This document shows positions 24,881-38,524 of a DNA stretch of 64,000 bases, one piece after another. The notes beneath the pieces are model-generated. The model was given only the letters and a program-made list of their open reading frames with translations, did no database searches and had not been told where the DNA came from. Each line of letters begins with the position of its first letter. The stretch's first letter is position 1. The position numbers and the translations under genes were made by a program. This DNA comes from Eimeria praecox (taxonomy: Eukaryota): assembly GCA_963920595.1 (NCBI GenBank), contig OY986950.1:1550001-1614000 (forward strand), written 5' to 3'.

Positions 24881-25692
24881 TATTGCATTGAGCTAGCTGC
24901 CCTTGTGGCCTACAGTCAGGTCATGCGGGTGTTTTCATGCGCCATGAATGCAGCTTGTGCGTATTCGCGCCTTCACTCTACTTGCCTACCCGCAAACATG
25001 GCCCCACACACACGGCAACCGTGGGTATGGTGCCTGTAGGCGGATGCTATGTGGGGCGTGGGGCCTCTCTGAGTGACGTAACGGCTTGGCCAATTGTGGC
25101 GAATGGAAACTATGTAGTTGAGAAGGTGTCAGATGTGACGTGCACCAGCCGAAGATTGCGTGGTGCTGCATACTACAGTAGAATTCCATTGCTGATCGTA
25201 TTTTAAGGAAGTGCGCTCTTACGCAAAGCACATGTAGAGTGACGCATTGAACGCCAGGCACAACATTGGGTGAACACTTTACTCTGACGCAGTTTTGCGT
25301 GCATACATGCCCGCTGGCTCTGCATTGTTTAATCATTCGATCAACAAACTCTAATAAGACTGATAAGCATGATGACGTTCCAATGGTACCAATCCTGATG
25401 TAGAACGTAGGTATTCAGCTCACGGAGCCTGACGAGAGTTAGCCAAGCAGTCTTCGTAAGTTTTAGTAGTTATCGATATGGCCAAAGCCAGTCCGGAAGG
25501 CATATTGACGGCTTCTTGATGCGTTAGAGAAGATACGATGGCCATTGTAAGCGACTAGCTTGCCGTAGCGTCAACGCCGGGAACCGCGCTTCCTTCAGCT
25601 AATGGAGGGCAGCGAGGTTTCTATCCACGAGTTGTCGGGATTGACGCGGATGCAGTAGCTATGAATGTTTATGTGGTCTGATTCTGTTCTCA

Positions 25693-25736
25693 ATATATAT
25701 ATATATATATATATAAATATAAATATATATATATAT
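25693..25736. repeat. Interrupted (AT)n microsatellite
   Basis: atatatatatatatatatatataaatataaatatatatatatat, read directly. Confidence 0.97.
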
Positions 25737-26366
25737 CCTTGTTGATTCGTATTTCTGCAAGGCCGTGCAGGCATTGTAGAGCCGTTTATACTCCAGAGCT
25801 GGAAATGAGCAACAAATGGCTATCTGAAGTGGCACCCACATTGAGCTTGACGGGATGCTAACTTAAACAAGTAAGCTGTGTCTATTCCAAGACGCGTGCA
25901 ACAATGGTCTTCAGTATTCCACCAGCCTGGCTTTACCTCAAACGACCAGCGCATACTGAAGCACGAAGCGTTCTCCGGAGCCCCCGTATGTTCACTCCTG
26001 TGGCACTGTGGCAGGCACCTGGTACCTGCCACAGTACCAGATTTCGCTTGATATTAACTAGAACCAAATCGGCATGAGAACCGTAGGCGCTTAGGCAGAC
26101 CGCTGTTCACCCAACATGCTGCCTGAAACACATCTTGATTCCTCACTTGGATTTGTCGCTGGTATGTGTCTGCAGGAAGTCCGTCTGAAAGCTTTCTGAA
26201 ATTCCGGTTGTGTGAGGCGGGCAGGAGGGCGCCTCTCCAAGAGACACCATTGACGTTCATGATGTTACGAGTGTTGATAAAACTTTCGCTTTTCCTTTTT
26301 TCCTTAACTGCTTCATGTACCTGCGACACGTTTGCCGAATGCCGCCCTGTCCGACCATTCCTCTTC

Positions 26367-29300
26367 AATCCCGGTGCACAAACACTTTCCTGAAACCTGC
26401 ATTGGCTGCATGTGCCGGCAGGCTGATAACGCTGACAGGAAAGGAATTGCTTCATCTGTGCTGATGCACTGCTGCAGGTAGATGCATTTTTGCATTTCTA
26501 GAAAGTAAGCATGATATTTCATTTGCAGTAAGCAACTACGTGTTTGTTGTTTTGCTGCGTAGGCCCAGAAAAAACAAGTCGACTACTGTACTGCTTAGCA
26601 AGGAGCACAACGTAAACAGGAGGACGGTTTTCTCAAAGGTGCACTGTATGATCTGGTTGGTGCCGATTGTTATATTAGGGGCCAGAGGACTGGTGTTTGC
26701 GCTTGGGTGTGTAGCTCTTAAGTTCGCATATTTTTCACTTTTATGTGTTAATCGACCTAAATTCTTCAAATAAGGCACTCTCGAAGATGCACGCTGAGAA
26801 CGCTGAGAAGGACGCAGGCGGGATAGCCAATGTTAGGTTCTTGCTTTTGCCGGGTGGGAGCGCTCGGCATCGTACTCGATTGGCTTAAGAAGGTGGCCAA
26901 TGATGCGTTCAAACGAGAAGTGGAAGGCAAACGAGGCAATCCCATCGTCTCATAAGTATATACGGCACAGCGCATGCTACTGCGTAAACGATTGTCGTGC
27001 GCTTCATTGCTTTTGCAGCGGCGAAACACTTAAATGCCGTAAACGCAAGGAGGATGCGACAGTCCTTTGACGCGCTCTGCAGCTAGTTAGTCACTCGACT
27101 AGGCTAGCCGGTGGCCTAGTTGGATTGACGAGTTGATGCGACGCCTTCAGATAAGGCACTTGCGAGTGCAGGTGCCTTATGTGAAGGCGTCGCATCAATT
27201 CACATAAGGCACTTGCGAGTGCAGGCAGCCTGGCCATATTATGTATGGTTAGTCTGTCTGATGTTTCATTTCCTGCTTTTAAAGAAATGCACCAATACAT
27301 GGAAACGTTCCAGAGTTGTGGTATGCCGCTTCTGTCAGGTTGGCCTTTGGTGGACGTAGAGAGTATGTTTGCTAGGACGGCGACGCGACAACCTCCATTG
27401 ACCACTAATGTGCCACCCAGAGGCACACTAAACAGCGAAAATGAGTGAGCGTGAACGCATTAAACCAGCACATTCTGCTGTGGATATCAGAGTGCAGGCA
27501 ATTAAACCAAGCGCGCTGCGTAGGAGTGTTTAGGTGCTTCCGCTAGCAGGCAGTGCGTTGGCGCATGCACAGGAACACGGGCGTAACGCTTGTTCTTGTA
27601 GGCTTTGCATAGAGTAGCTATACGTTCAGGTATATCTGCGTGCGTCCTAGATGGTCTCGTGAGCTGGCTGCGGCGGTGAAACGTCAAGGCCTTGACGAGC
27701 TGATGTCTCTTTTTTTATCGTCGTTGGGAATTACATTTCCCTGGACTGGGTGGCCTTCTTTAGAAGATGACCACTTGTGGGCCTGTGGTTTTTTGTGAAG
27801 ACTAGCGATGGCAAAGGAGAATTATGGTTGCGTAGCTCAGCAAGTGGCACGTGTAGGATGTGAGTTTTAAGGCTGGGCACTATGCATTGCAGCAAACAAA
27901 CAGATTGTTTTGCCTGTGTGTGAGGAAGAAAACATATCCATTTGCCACAAGTGCAAATCGCTGATGAACTTGGAGCGCTCGTAGCTGTAAGACGTTTTGT
28001 TGGGTTGTCAACTCCAAATCCACTGACGATTGTGTGTGTAATTGGCAAGGAAGTGTTGCATAGGAATAGGAGGGGTGGCGCCGCTCCACGCAGACACTAA
28101 GAGATTTGTTGTTGCTTCTGTTGGGTATGCTTGTTCTTGTCGTAGTCTATAGACGGCGGCAAGGAACATGGGGTCCGTTAAAAGTTCCGCTGAATCTCTT
28201 GCCGCATGAGGTGCCGGTTTCCTATGCATGTGGTGCAATGGCTTTCCAAAAGCATGCCCAATGATCCGCTGAGAAATGGAAACAGACCCTTAAGTGCTGC
28301 GTGTAGGCTTTCCCCAGGTGCGCCTTGTGATGGCGAAGCCGCCTCGCTTCTAGAGCTCCATGTTCCGATTGAAGGCCACCGTTGCAATGAAGGCTGGTGA
28401 TTGATTTGACAAAACACATTAGTGGTAGTTTTGCGTAGCTTCTTGCAAGTCATACGCGTTTAACGAGGGTGACCAACGCAGCTTGTGAGTGCCTACAACA
28501 GCTTCAAATGTTTTAAGGATGCGCTTGTCGAAGTCATGCGCTCTTGTGTGAATTTGCACGTGGGCGTGGAACGTGTTATGCTTGATTGGCCGATTGGATT
28601 GCGGCGAACTACGGGGACTAAAGAGACACGTGCTTCTAGGCGTGTTGAGGAAGAGCGTGGGCCTTTAGATGCAAGAAATGGTCATCGTTCGAATGGACAG
28701 TGTTGCGGGATCGTCACCTCAGGAAGTGGGTTTTAGACCGAAACGATTTTGTGTCTGCCACAGCATCCTCAGCCATAGTCTTCTCAAGGTGTTTAACGGA
28801 GTATATCTTGGTATGGGTCGGGTGAAGGCCAGCTAGTTCTGCTTGCCTGCCTTAGTGGAAGCGCTGCTTGGTTTCACTGTGCATGCCATGCGTGAGCACG
28901 AGGGGAGCTGCCACCGGATACCAATGGTAAGCTTTCATCCACGCTGGGATTACGTTCATGCCTGCTTACTCCCTGTCGTAGCAGCAGCATCCGTAATGTT
29001 CTTGACTCAGAAAGCAAGTTTCTAGCATCAGTGGAGGCGATGGGATTCGTGCTATATAAAAGCAGCGCACAGCTGAAGTTGAAAGATCCTTACAGTTCAG
29101 ATGCCACATTTGGCGGTCTTTGCATATTGGGGATGACCTGTCGTTCGGTGCATTTCTGTGTCGCTTTGTGAACCTCTGTGTTTGGAAGCAGTGTTTTAAA
29201 GGTGGGAGCAGTTGCGCTTGGGTGCGATGGTTTTATAGCTCGTGAGTCGTTGCGCTCAGGCGAAATCTGTTTCCCAGGCGTGAGTTGGTTGCCACGCTGA

Positions 29301-29925
29301 GCACGCCTACTGTGGTGCGGTGCTGGGCGTCCCTGCATGAGGCATTTTCCTATGTGTGGCACATAGCGTGTCCTGACAACTTCGATGTTTAACTATTACT
29401 CCTATTCTATTCTCTTTGGACGAACTGCAGGCTTCATGATTCCTTGGTTTGACCTGTTTCTTTGGGCTTTATGCACATTTGACCTGTGTCCTTGCGTTTG
29501 ACGCAGCATGTACGCCAGTCTTGTCACCCTACGTTTAATCGCCTTCGAGAACGCCGAGGATGACCTATACTTTGAAATAACATGAAATATGAAGGCTCAA
29601 ACGTTGGAGGTTTGGAACCGCAAATTTCGATTCTCGTGCATCTTGAATCTTCCATGCTTGTTTTGACTATTTTCTGTACAGCGTCCTGCACCATGGATGC
29701 ATTTAGTCGCCTATTAAGCGAGGCGTTTGCTCTCAAGCCAGAATAACGCGCAGCAGGGTTTTTTTGTTGCTAAGGAGGTGAGTCTGTGTTTTATGCTGCA
29801 GCCGCTTGCCTCGCCAGCATGGCTGTGCAAAGGGCATCCAGACTACTCTGCGGGACCCAAATGAGTCTGTACACTATCTTCCAACATGTAGGATGCGCTC
29901 ATTTCATCTTCGTGTTTTGGAGAGC
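26367..29925. repeat. Segmental duplication, copy 2; its right end merges into the macrosatellite
   Basis: Near-identical to 16481-20066. Confidence 0.97.
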
Positions 29926-32900
29926 AATCGTCCACTTTATTGATGCCTCTGCCCAAAAGAACAAGCTTTGAACATAAAATATCCTTGTTGCTGTTGTACG
30001 TCGGATGTCTCTTGTAGCTGAGCAGTAGTCTCCAAGGAGCTATCATACGTTGTGACAGCGATGGGGGAGTATGCAAAATTGCACTTCCTACTGTGTTCTA
30101 CTGTAGGCAATGGAAATTGTATGCTCAACGCCCGCAGGGGGGTCCTGCTGGGTTCTGCAAATTTCACAGTTGGATGGACGGCGCGGCGCTTTATAACATC
30201 TGCAGCGTGTGCGTCGCAGTATCTTTGTTGATGGCGCTCTTGCTAGCGCGTTGGTGATCTGCAAGCATTGCAAAGGCTGTTTATATTCCCTATAGATGTT
30301 GAGCCAAGTATTTGAATATATGAGTGTTGGGGAATGGACCAACGAGTGAGGCTGGCGGCGCCATCCTGTTGCCAGCACGATGATGCTATCTTGCTGAGCG
30401 CTATACCGGGAACGATTAGGCTATATATTGTTGTGTACAAACGTTGCCGCCTATGCCTTCATTGTTGTATTCGGCAACGCATTATTGGTACCTGTGAATT
30501 GTGTACGGAGAAGGCGTCTGCTAACTTCGTGTTTTTGTAGGTGCATGGTGGGTTTCTCTAGGCACTTTGCAGATGGAATGCTTTCGGCTTTTCCGTAGTG
30601 GGTCACGTTTGATCTCAACGGACTAGCGAACTCTGATCGCTGCATTATGTGGAGCTGATAACGCATACGTGCACACCAAAACGTTCCAGTGTGCATCTGG
30701 CTTACTGGCCTCCAGACGGCGGCAGAGGTTGGTGTTTGATTCTGCTGGTGATTTAGAAAGGAGTTCTGCCGTTGGTGAGTTTAGTGTCTTAGGCCACGTT
30801 CTGTGAAGTAGGACATCCTACTGTGTCACGGTCTTGCACAAACAAGAAACAAGTGCATGCGCAACCTCCCGTCAGATAGTGAGTTGCCCAATTTGGCTCC
30901 AGCAGGGCGTTCGCGAGCACAGACATATTGCTGCCTAAAGTGTGCACTGTTTTATTCTGAGTAGCCATGGTCACGCATTGGCGCCAGCGTATTCATAGGC
31001 ATTACTGTATCGGCTTGATTTGTTCACAAACCTGTGGGTACGGCGCTACGAAGCCTAGGAGAGCCATCGGCCTTTTGTGTGCGATTCTCGTGAATGTCCT
31101 GTGGACAGTTTAACAAGCTACTCGAGCAACCCGGTTGCTGAATTTATGCGGCTGCCATGATGCAAACAGAAAGTAATTTTTCTCATTGGCAGACTAGCCT
31201 ATCCTGCTCAAGCGTGCAGTGGATGCTCATCAGATAAGGACAGGCAGCAGCTTGGAGGATGCGTGTGTGGTGTAGACCTTTCCTAAAACATGGTGGGGGC
31301 ACACGCTTACAGTTGTCACTTCACTCAAAAGATGCGTTTTACTAGGTTTTTGGAGGAATGGATTCGTTGAGCTACGCGTGCCCAACTGTGCAGTTGCTGG
31401 TCTATGTTTAGAGGCAGAGGCAGAATATTTGAGTTTTTGATATCGGCTGCCTTTTGAATCGTCTTTTATTTGAACCCCGAAATATCTGAAGACCGGGCAT
31501 AATGCGTTTGGCGTGGGGTTACGTTCCCAAGTCGTACAGACGTTGAGCCTCCGCTGGGCATGGCGTGTGTATCGATCGTATCTGTGTTGGAGTTTAGGTT
31601 GTGTGCATGATTCGGATTTTGGGCTGCACGCGTGGTTCCCTGTATTTGATATGGAGGGTCTTGCGTAGAGTCTGCTCTGCTGTTTGCTCTGTTGGTGCCC
31701 TCGAGGTAGCAATCTAGGACGAAAAGTGCACATTGCCAAACTCATGGCTTGCGCGATCTGCCCAGATGCGGCGGTGTGTACGTTTAAATTCACTTGCAGA
31801 TAGGCATGAAGGAGACCTGAGAACGGCAGCGTTTTTTGCAGGCTAGAAGAAAGCATAGCCTTCGGATGGTGTGCGTTTTGAGTTCATTCGTTCTTGCGTT
31901 GTGTTGGTAAGCATCCATGCTGCACGCTTAGACTTGTTTGTGGAGCGTTGCTGTCCGACGATGTCAACTGCCTATGGGCTGCGTTTATGGCTAGCCTGTG
32001 TTTTGCTGTTTCAGAGTTGTGAACGCCATGGCGGTGGTTTGGTCTCCAATGTCTGTGTCTTTGTAGACCCCAAGGCCATATGCTTTGTTATAAGTGCGGA
32101 ATTTGTAAACGGTTGTATCGTGGGCGCAGCAAACGCCACGAGCTTCTTTCTTTGTTTCTCATTACCACCATGTGGGAGTTTCTTTGCGCACCTCACAGGA
32201 AGTGCGCTTCGCGTTTGGACAGTTGCACTGGCTCTATAACGGCGCTTTTGCTTCGCTTCTGCAAGGTGGTTTTAAGAGTGTCTCGATAGAGGCGCTGGAG
32301 TTTGTGGTTAACCTTAGTTTCAAGCGTGCACCGAAAACGCCCCCCAGTCAGATGCTGCTGACCCCTTGCTGATACGCCTTTAATCTGTGTGGGGATAGGT
32401 ATAAAACGCAGCCTACTGTTTAGTGGAACACTGGCATGTGACCGACTTACACTGTATGCGTTCATGCGAGCATGGCTTTGTGTTGGGTGGATATTTGTCG
32501 GACTGAAGCGTACGTGCCTGCAGTTGCGAACTTGCAGTCACGCGCGGCAGTACAGAAGAAAGCCTAGCGTGCGAAGAATGAGCCTTTCGATCGCGCTGAT
32601 ATTGTGTTTGGGCTTCTGGTCGTGCTGCATACGAAGACACGTTTCGTAGCCGCTTGACATCCACAGATATAAAATGTAGTTGAGCTTCACGGCTTTCGGA
32701 CTAGCATGCAGTTTCTCGTTTGAAGGTTGCGAGCCCGACGGTGGCGATTCGGTCTCGAGCACTTGTTTCCCTCTCGGTCCAAGGGCTACATGCTGGGGTT
32801 TTGATGCGAATGTTGCAAACGGTTTTAGCGTGGTTGAAATGAATTCTGTGACTTTTTTCGTTTCTTGCGTCTCACGGTCAGAGCAAGTGTGCTGTTCAGC

Positions 32901-33000
32901 GCATCGCACAGGAAGTGTGCTTTAGTTTTGAGCAGTTGCACCTGCGGTTTAACAGTGAAGACCACTGGCTTCATTTTTGCAGAGTGCGTTGGAGTGGTTG
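26370..33000 (-). mobile_element. Head-to-tail series of mutually diverged integrase-core remnants (at least 7)
   Basis: Variants of the DRLSKxAHFL motif recur on the - strand: KYHAYFL (~26505, preceded by STVVDLFFLGLRSK ~ISMDFIxGLPxS), GKWICFLP (~27935), ETCFL followed by AYHWYP ~RYHGFP (~29015/28920), KTQTHLL (~29780), KPTMHL (~30545), PSKTHLL followed by SDEHP ~SDRDP (~31335), VQLSKREAHFL (~32205). Individual matches are weak; the recurrence with colinear neighbouring motifs is the evidence. Confidence 0.55.
31230..31856 (-). pseudogene. 208-codon ORF overlapping an integrase remnant; repeated at 42285, 46892, 50879 and 54850, truncated at 37999, broken at about 59206-59890
   Basis: ORF track. 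Contains RHAQRRLNVCTTWERN / PKTCTTY (~DVxRYVxxCxxCQRN) and KPSKTHLL. Probably not a real gene. Confidence 0.45.
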
Positions 33001-35980
33001 TTGACAGCGGTGGAGATGCTTGCGGCCTGCCTTAGTTTCAAACGTGCAGCGAAAATGCTGGCATGTCGAATGCTGCTTGCCGCATGTAACTGTGTCTTTA
33101 ATGTGCTAGTGGACAGGTTGGCAATGCAGCTTGGTGCTTATGAGAGTAGGTGAAGGCCTGCCATGTGATTTACCGAAGAGGTAGGCGTTCATGCGAGCAA
33201 GATGCTGCGTTGGCGGTATCAGTAGCTTCGAGACTGAAGGCATGCACACTTCACTCTGACAAATGTACTGTTGCGCCGAAAACCTGTCTAAGGTGGGGGT
33301 ATGTGCTCGATCGGCTGGCTCTGGTGCAGATCGTGGATGAGTTGCAAGACTTGCGCATTTGCCTTCAGTTTCTCATTGCAGGGTTACAAGCCGGACAGCG
33401 GCGGTTTGGTTTCGAGCACTTGTTACCCTCTGGGTCCAAAGGCTACATGCTGGGGTTTTGATGCGAAAGTTGCAAACATTTCTAGCGTGGTTGAAATGAA
33501 TACCACGAGTGTCTTCTTTTGCTGCTTCTTACGGTCAGAGCAAGTATGCTGTTCAGCGCATCGCACAGAAAGTGGGCTTTACGTTTGAGCAGTTGCACGA
33601 GCTTTTTAACAGTGCAAAACACTGGCTTCATATCTGCAGAGTGCGTTGGAGTGGTTGTTCACAGCGGTGGAGATGCTTGTGGCCTGCCTTAGTTTCAGGC
33701 TTCCACCGAAAATGCCCTAACGACGAACGCTGCTTGCCGCATGTAACTGTGTCTTTAATGTGCTAGTTGATAGTCTAGAAATGCAGGGTGCTGATTAGTG
33801 TACGTGAAGGCCTGTCATGTGATATCCCCAGGATGTAGGCATTTACGCGAGCAACGTTTTGCGTTGGCTGTATATTTGTCAGAGTGAAGTGTACATGCCT
33901 ACAGTCTCGAAGCTACTGTTGCGCCGAAAACCTGTCTAAGGTGGGGGTATGTGCTCGATCGGCTGGCTCTGATGCAGATCGTGGATGAGTTGCAAGGCTT
34001 CTGCATTTGCCTTCAGTTTCTCATTGCAGGGTTACAAGCCGGACAGCGGCGGTTCGGTCTCGAGCAGTTGTTTCCCTCCCTGTCTGAAGATTACATGCTG
34101 GGGTTTTGATGCAAACATTTTTAATGTGCTTGAAATGAATGCCAAGAGTGTCGTCTTTTGTTGCTTCTCACCGTCAGAGCACGTGTGCTGCTCAGTGCAT
34201 CGCGCAGGAAGTGGGCTTCACATTTGAACAGTTGCACCAGCTGTTTAACAGTGCAGACCGCTGGCTTCATTTCTGCAGAGTGTTTTTGAGTGGTTGTTGA
34301 CAGCGGTAGAGACGTTTGCGGCCTGCCTTAGTTTCAAGCGTGAACCGAAAATGCTCTCACGCCGAGTGCTGATGGCCACTTGTAACTGTTTCTGTAATGT
34401 GCGCCAAACCTGCTCTCATGTCGAATGCTGCTTGCCGCATGTAAATGTGTCTTTAATGTGCTAGTAGATAGGCTAGAAATGCAGCTTGGTGCCTATGAGG
34501 GTAGGTGAAGGCCTGCCATGTCATGTGCGCAGGAGGTAGGCGTTCATGCGAGCAAGGTGTTGCGTTGGCTGTATATTTGTCAGACTGAAGTGTACATGAC
34601 TGCAGTCTCGAAACCACTGTTGCGCCGAAAACCTGTCTGAGATGGGGGTATGTGCTCGATCGGCTGGCTGTGATGCAGGTCGTGGATGAGCTGCAAGACT
34701 TGCGCATTTGCCTTCAGTTTCTCATTGCAGGGTTGCAACCCGGACAGCGGCGGTTTGGTTTCGAGCACTTGTTTCCCTCTCGGTCCAAAGGCTGCGTGCT
34801 GGGTTTTTGAAGCGAATGCTGCAAACCGTCTTAGTGTGCATAAAATTTATAGCACGTGTCTCGTCTTCTGTTGCTTGGTATGAACATGTATAAAGTGTGG
34901 TTGAGCTTCACGGCTTGCGGATTACCGTGCAGTTTCTCGTTTGAAGGTTGCGAGCCCGACGGTGACGATTCGGTCTCGAGCACTTGTTTCCCCCTCGGTC
35001 CAAACGCTAGATGCTGGATTATTGATGCGAATGCTGCAAACGGCTTTAGCGTGGTTGAAGTGAGAACTACGAGTATCTTCTTTTGTTGCTTCTCACGGTC
35101 AGAGCAAGTGTGCTGTTCAGCGCATCGCACAGGAAGTGGGCTTTAGTTTTGAGCAGTTGCACCAGCGGTTTAACAGTGAAGACCACTGGCTTCATTTCTT
35201 CAGAGTGTGTTTGAGTGGTTGTTGACGGCGGTAGAGATGTTTGTGGCCTGCCTTAGTTTCAAACGTGCAACGAAAATGCTGTCATGTCGAATGCTGCTTG
35301 CCGCATGTAACTGTGTCTTTAATGTGCTAGTGGGCAGGTTGGCAATGCAGCTTGGTGCTTATGAGAGTAGGTGAAGGCCTGCCATATGATGCGCTCAGGA
35401 GGTAGGCGTTCATGCGAGCAAGATGCTGCTTTGGCGGTATATTTGTCAGAGTGAAGTGTACATGACTGCAGTCTCCAAGCTACTGTTGCGCCGAAAACCT
35501 GTCTAAGGTGGGGGTATGTGCTCGATCGGCTGGCTCTGGTGCAGATCGTGGATGAGTTGCAAGACTTGCGCATTGCCTTCAGTTTCTCATTGCAGGGTTA
35601 CAAGCCGGACAGCGGCGATTTGGTTTCGAGCACTTATTTCCCTCTCGGTCCAAAGGCTGCGTGCTGGGTATTGATGCGAATGCTGCGAACATTTTTTAGC
35701 GTGGTTGAAATGAATACCACGAGTGGCTTCTTTTGCTGCTTCTTACGGTCAGGGCAAGTGTGCTGTTCAGCGCATCGCACAGAAAGTGGGCTTTGCGTTT
35801 GAGCAGTTGCACCAGCGGTTTAACAATGCAGACCACTGGATTCATTTATGCAGAGTATTTTTGAGTGGTTGCTGATAGCGGTGGAGATTGTTTCTGGCCT
35901 GCCTTAGTTTCAAGCGTCCACCGAGAATAGTCTCACGCCGAATGCTGCTGGCAGCTTGTATCTGTTGGTTAACTAGAGGG
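32660..35980. repeat. Array of ~650-bp subunits (about 5 plus one ~215-bp partial), moderately diverged
   Basis: A ttgaaatgaa-type anchor occurs at 32834, 33491, 34130, ~34840, 35055 and 35705. Confidence 0.92.
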
Positions 35981-38524
35981 TGCAATTATACGCCACCGTG
36001 TCGACTGCAATGCGTCTGAAAGCAGCATATGAAATATGCGAACAGGTTTCGCTGCGTATAATGGCTTTACAGCTCGTGAGTCGTTGCGTTCAGGCGACGT
36101 CCGTTTTCCAGGCATGGGGTGACTGCCACGCTGATCATGGCTACTGTGATGCGGTGCTGGCCGTGCCTACTTGAGGCATTTTCCTATGTGTGGGGCACAG
36201 CCTGTCATGACAACTTCGGCGTTAACGCTACTCCCCTCCGGTCCTCTTCGGACAGACTGCAGGCTTCATGGCACCTCGGTTTGAGCTGTGGCTCTGGGGT
36301 CTATGCACATTTGACCTGTGTCCTTGCGTTTGACGCAGCATGTACGCCAGTCTTGTCACCCTACGTTTAATCGCCTTCGAGAACACCGAGGATGACCTAT
36401 ACTTTGAAATAACATGAAATATGAAGGCTCAAACTTTGGAGGTTTGGAACCGCAAATTTCGATTCTCGTGCATCTTGAATCTTCGAGGCTTGGTTTGACT
36501 ATTTTCTGTACAGCGTCCTGCACCATGGATGCATTTAGTCGCCTATTAAGCGAGGCGTTTGCTCTCAAGCCAGAATAACGCGCAGCAGGGTTTTTTTGTT
36601 GCTAAGGAGGTGAGTCTGTGTTTTATGCTGCAGCCGCTTGCCTCGCCAGCATGGCTGTGCAAAGGGCATCCAGACTACTCTGCGGGACCCAAACGAGTCT
36701 GTACACTATCTGCCAACATGTAGGATGCGCTCATTTCATCTTCGTGTTTTGGAGAGCAATCGTCCACTTTATTGATGCCTCTGCCCAAAAGAACAAGCTT
36801 TGAACATAAAATATCCTCGTTGCTGTTGTACGTCGGATGTCTCTTGTAGCTGAGCAGTAGTGTCCAAGCAGCTATCATACGTTATGACAGCGATGGGGGA
36901 GTATGCAAAATTGCACTTCCTACTGTGTTCTACTGTAGACGATGGAAATTGTATGCTCAATGCCCGCAGGGGGGTCCTGCTGGGTTCTGCAAATTTCACA
37001 GTTGGATGGACGGCGCGGCGCTTTACACCATCTGCAGCTTGTGCGCCGCAGTATCTTTGTTGATGGCGCTCTTGCTAACGCGTTGGCGATCTGCAAGCGT
37101 TACAAAGGCTGTTTATATTCCCTATAGATGTTGAGCCAAGTATTTGAATATATGAGTGTTGGGGAATGGACCAACGAGTGAGGCTGGCGGCGCCATCCTG
37201 TTGCCAGCACGATGATGCTATCTTGCTGAGCGCTATACCGGGAACGATTAGGCTATATATTGTTGAGTAGAAACGTTTGTTGTATTCGGCAACGCATTAT
37301 TGGTACCTGTGAATTGTGTACGGAGAAGGCGTCTGCTAACTGCGTGTTTTTGTAGGTGCATGGTGGGTTTCTCTAGGCACTTTGCAGGTGGAGTGCGTTC
37401 GGCTTTTCCGTAGTGGGTCACGTTTCATCTCAACGGACTAGCGAACTCTGATCGCAGCATTATGTGGAGCTGATAACGCATACGTGGGCACCAAAACGTC
37501 CCAATGTGCGTCTGGCTTACTGTCCTGCAGATGGCGCCAGAGGCGTTTACGGCAAGGTATAAGAGACTCTTAAGGCATTGCCGCTCTCAGTCCACTTGCG
37601 GGGGGTTTCAGCTGTCGTGCACCTAGAGGCGGCATGGCCACGCTGATGCCAGTTAGTCCATTCTTCTTGTTGATACAGGTTGAGGTTCGCAAGAGGAATG
37701 TTGCCTAGTGTGTGCTTGCTGCATTCTCAGTAGCGATGCTCACTCATTGGCGCCAGCGTATTCATAGGCATTACTGCATCGGCTTGATTTGTTCACAAAC
37801 CTGTGGATACGGCGCTACGAAGCCTAGGAGAGCCATCGGCCTTTTGTGTGCGATTCTCGTGAATGTCCTGTGGACAGTTTAACAAGCTACTCGAGCAACC
37901 CGGTTGCTGAATTTATGCGGCTGCCGTGATGCAAACAGAAAGTAATTTTTCTCATTGGCCGACTAGCCTATCCTGCTCAAGCGTGCAGTGGATGCTCATC
38001 AGATAAGGACAGGCAGCAGCTTGGAGGATGCGTGTGTGGTGTAGAGCTTTCCCAAAACATGGTGGGGGCACACGCTTACAGTTGCCACTTCACTCAAAAG
38101 ATGCGTTTTACTAGGTTTTTGGAGGAATGGATTCGTTGAGCTACGCGTGCCCAACTGTGCAGTTGCTGGTCTATGTTTAGAGGCAGAGGCAGAATATTTG
38201 AGTTTTTGATATCGGCTGCCTTTTGAATCGTCTTTTATTTGAACCCCGTAATATCTGAAGACCGGGCATAATGCGTTTGGCGTGGGGTTACGTTCCCAAG
38301 TCGTACAGACGTTGAGCCTCCGCTGGGCATGGCGTGTGTATCGATCGTATCTGTGTTGGAGTTTAGGTTGTGTGCATGATTCGGATTTTGGGCTGCACGC
38401 GTGGTACCCTGTATTTGATATGGAGGGTCTTGCGTGGAGGTCGTTCTGTTGGTGCCCTCGAGGTAGCAATCTAGGACTCAAAGTGCACATTGCTAAACTC
38501 ATGGTTTGCGCGCTCTGCCCAGAT

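Noticed and set aside
25659..25841. ORF with an IYIYIY repeat
   Set aside because: It is a translation of the (AT)n microsatellite.
16481..29925. The 3.6-kb direct repeats as LTRs of one element
   Set aside because: They lack TG...CA ends and a visible target-site duplication, contain integrase-like relics, and homology continues past the right end.
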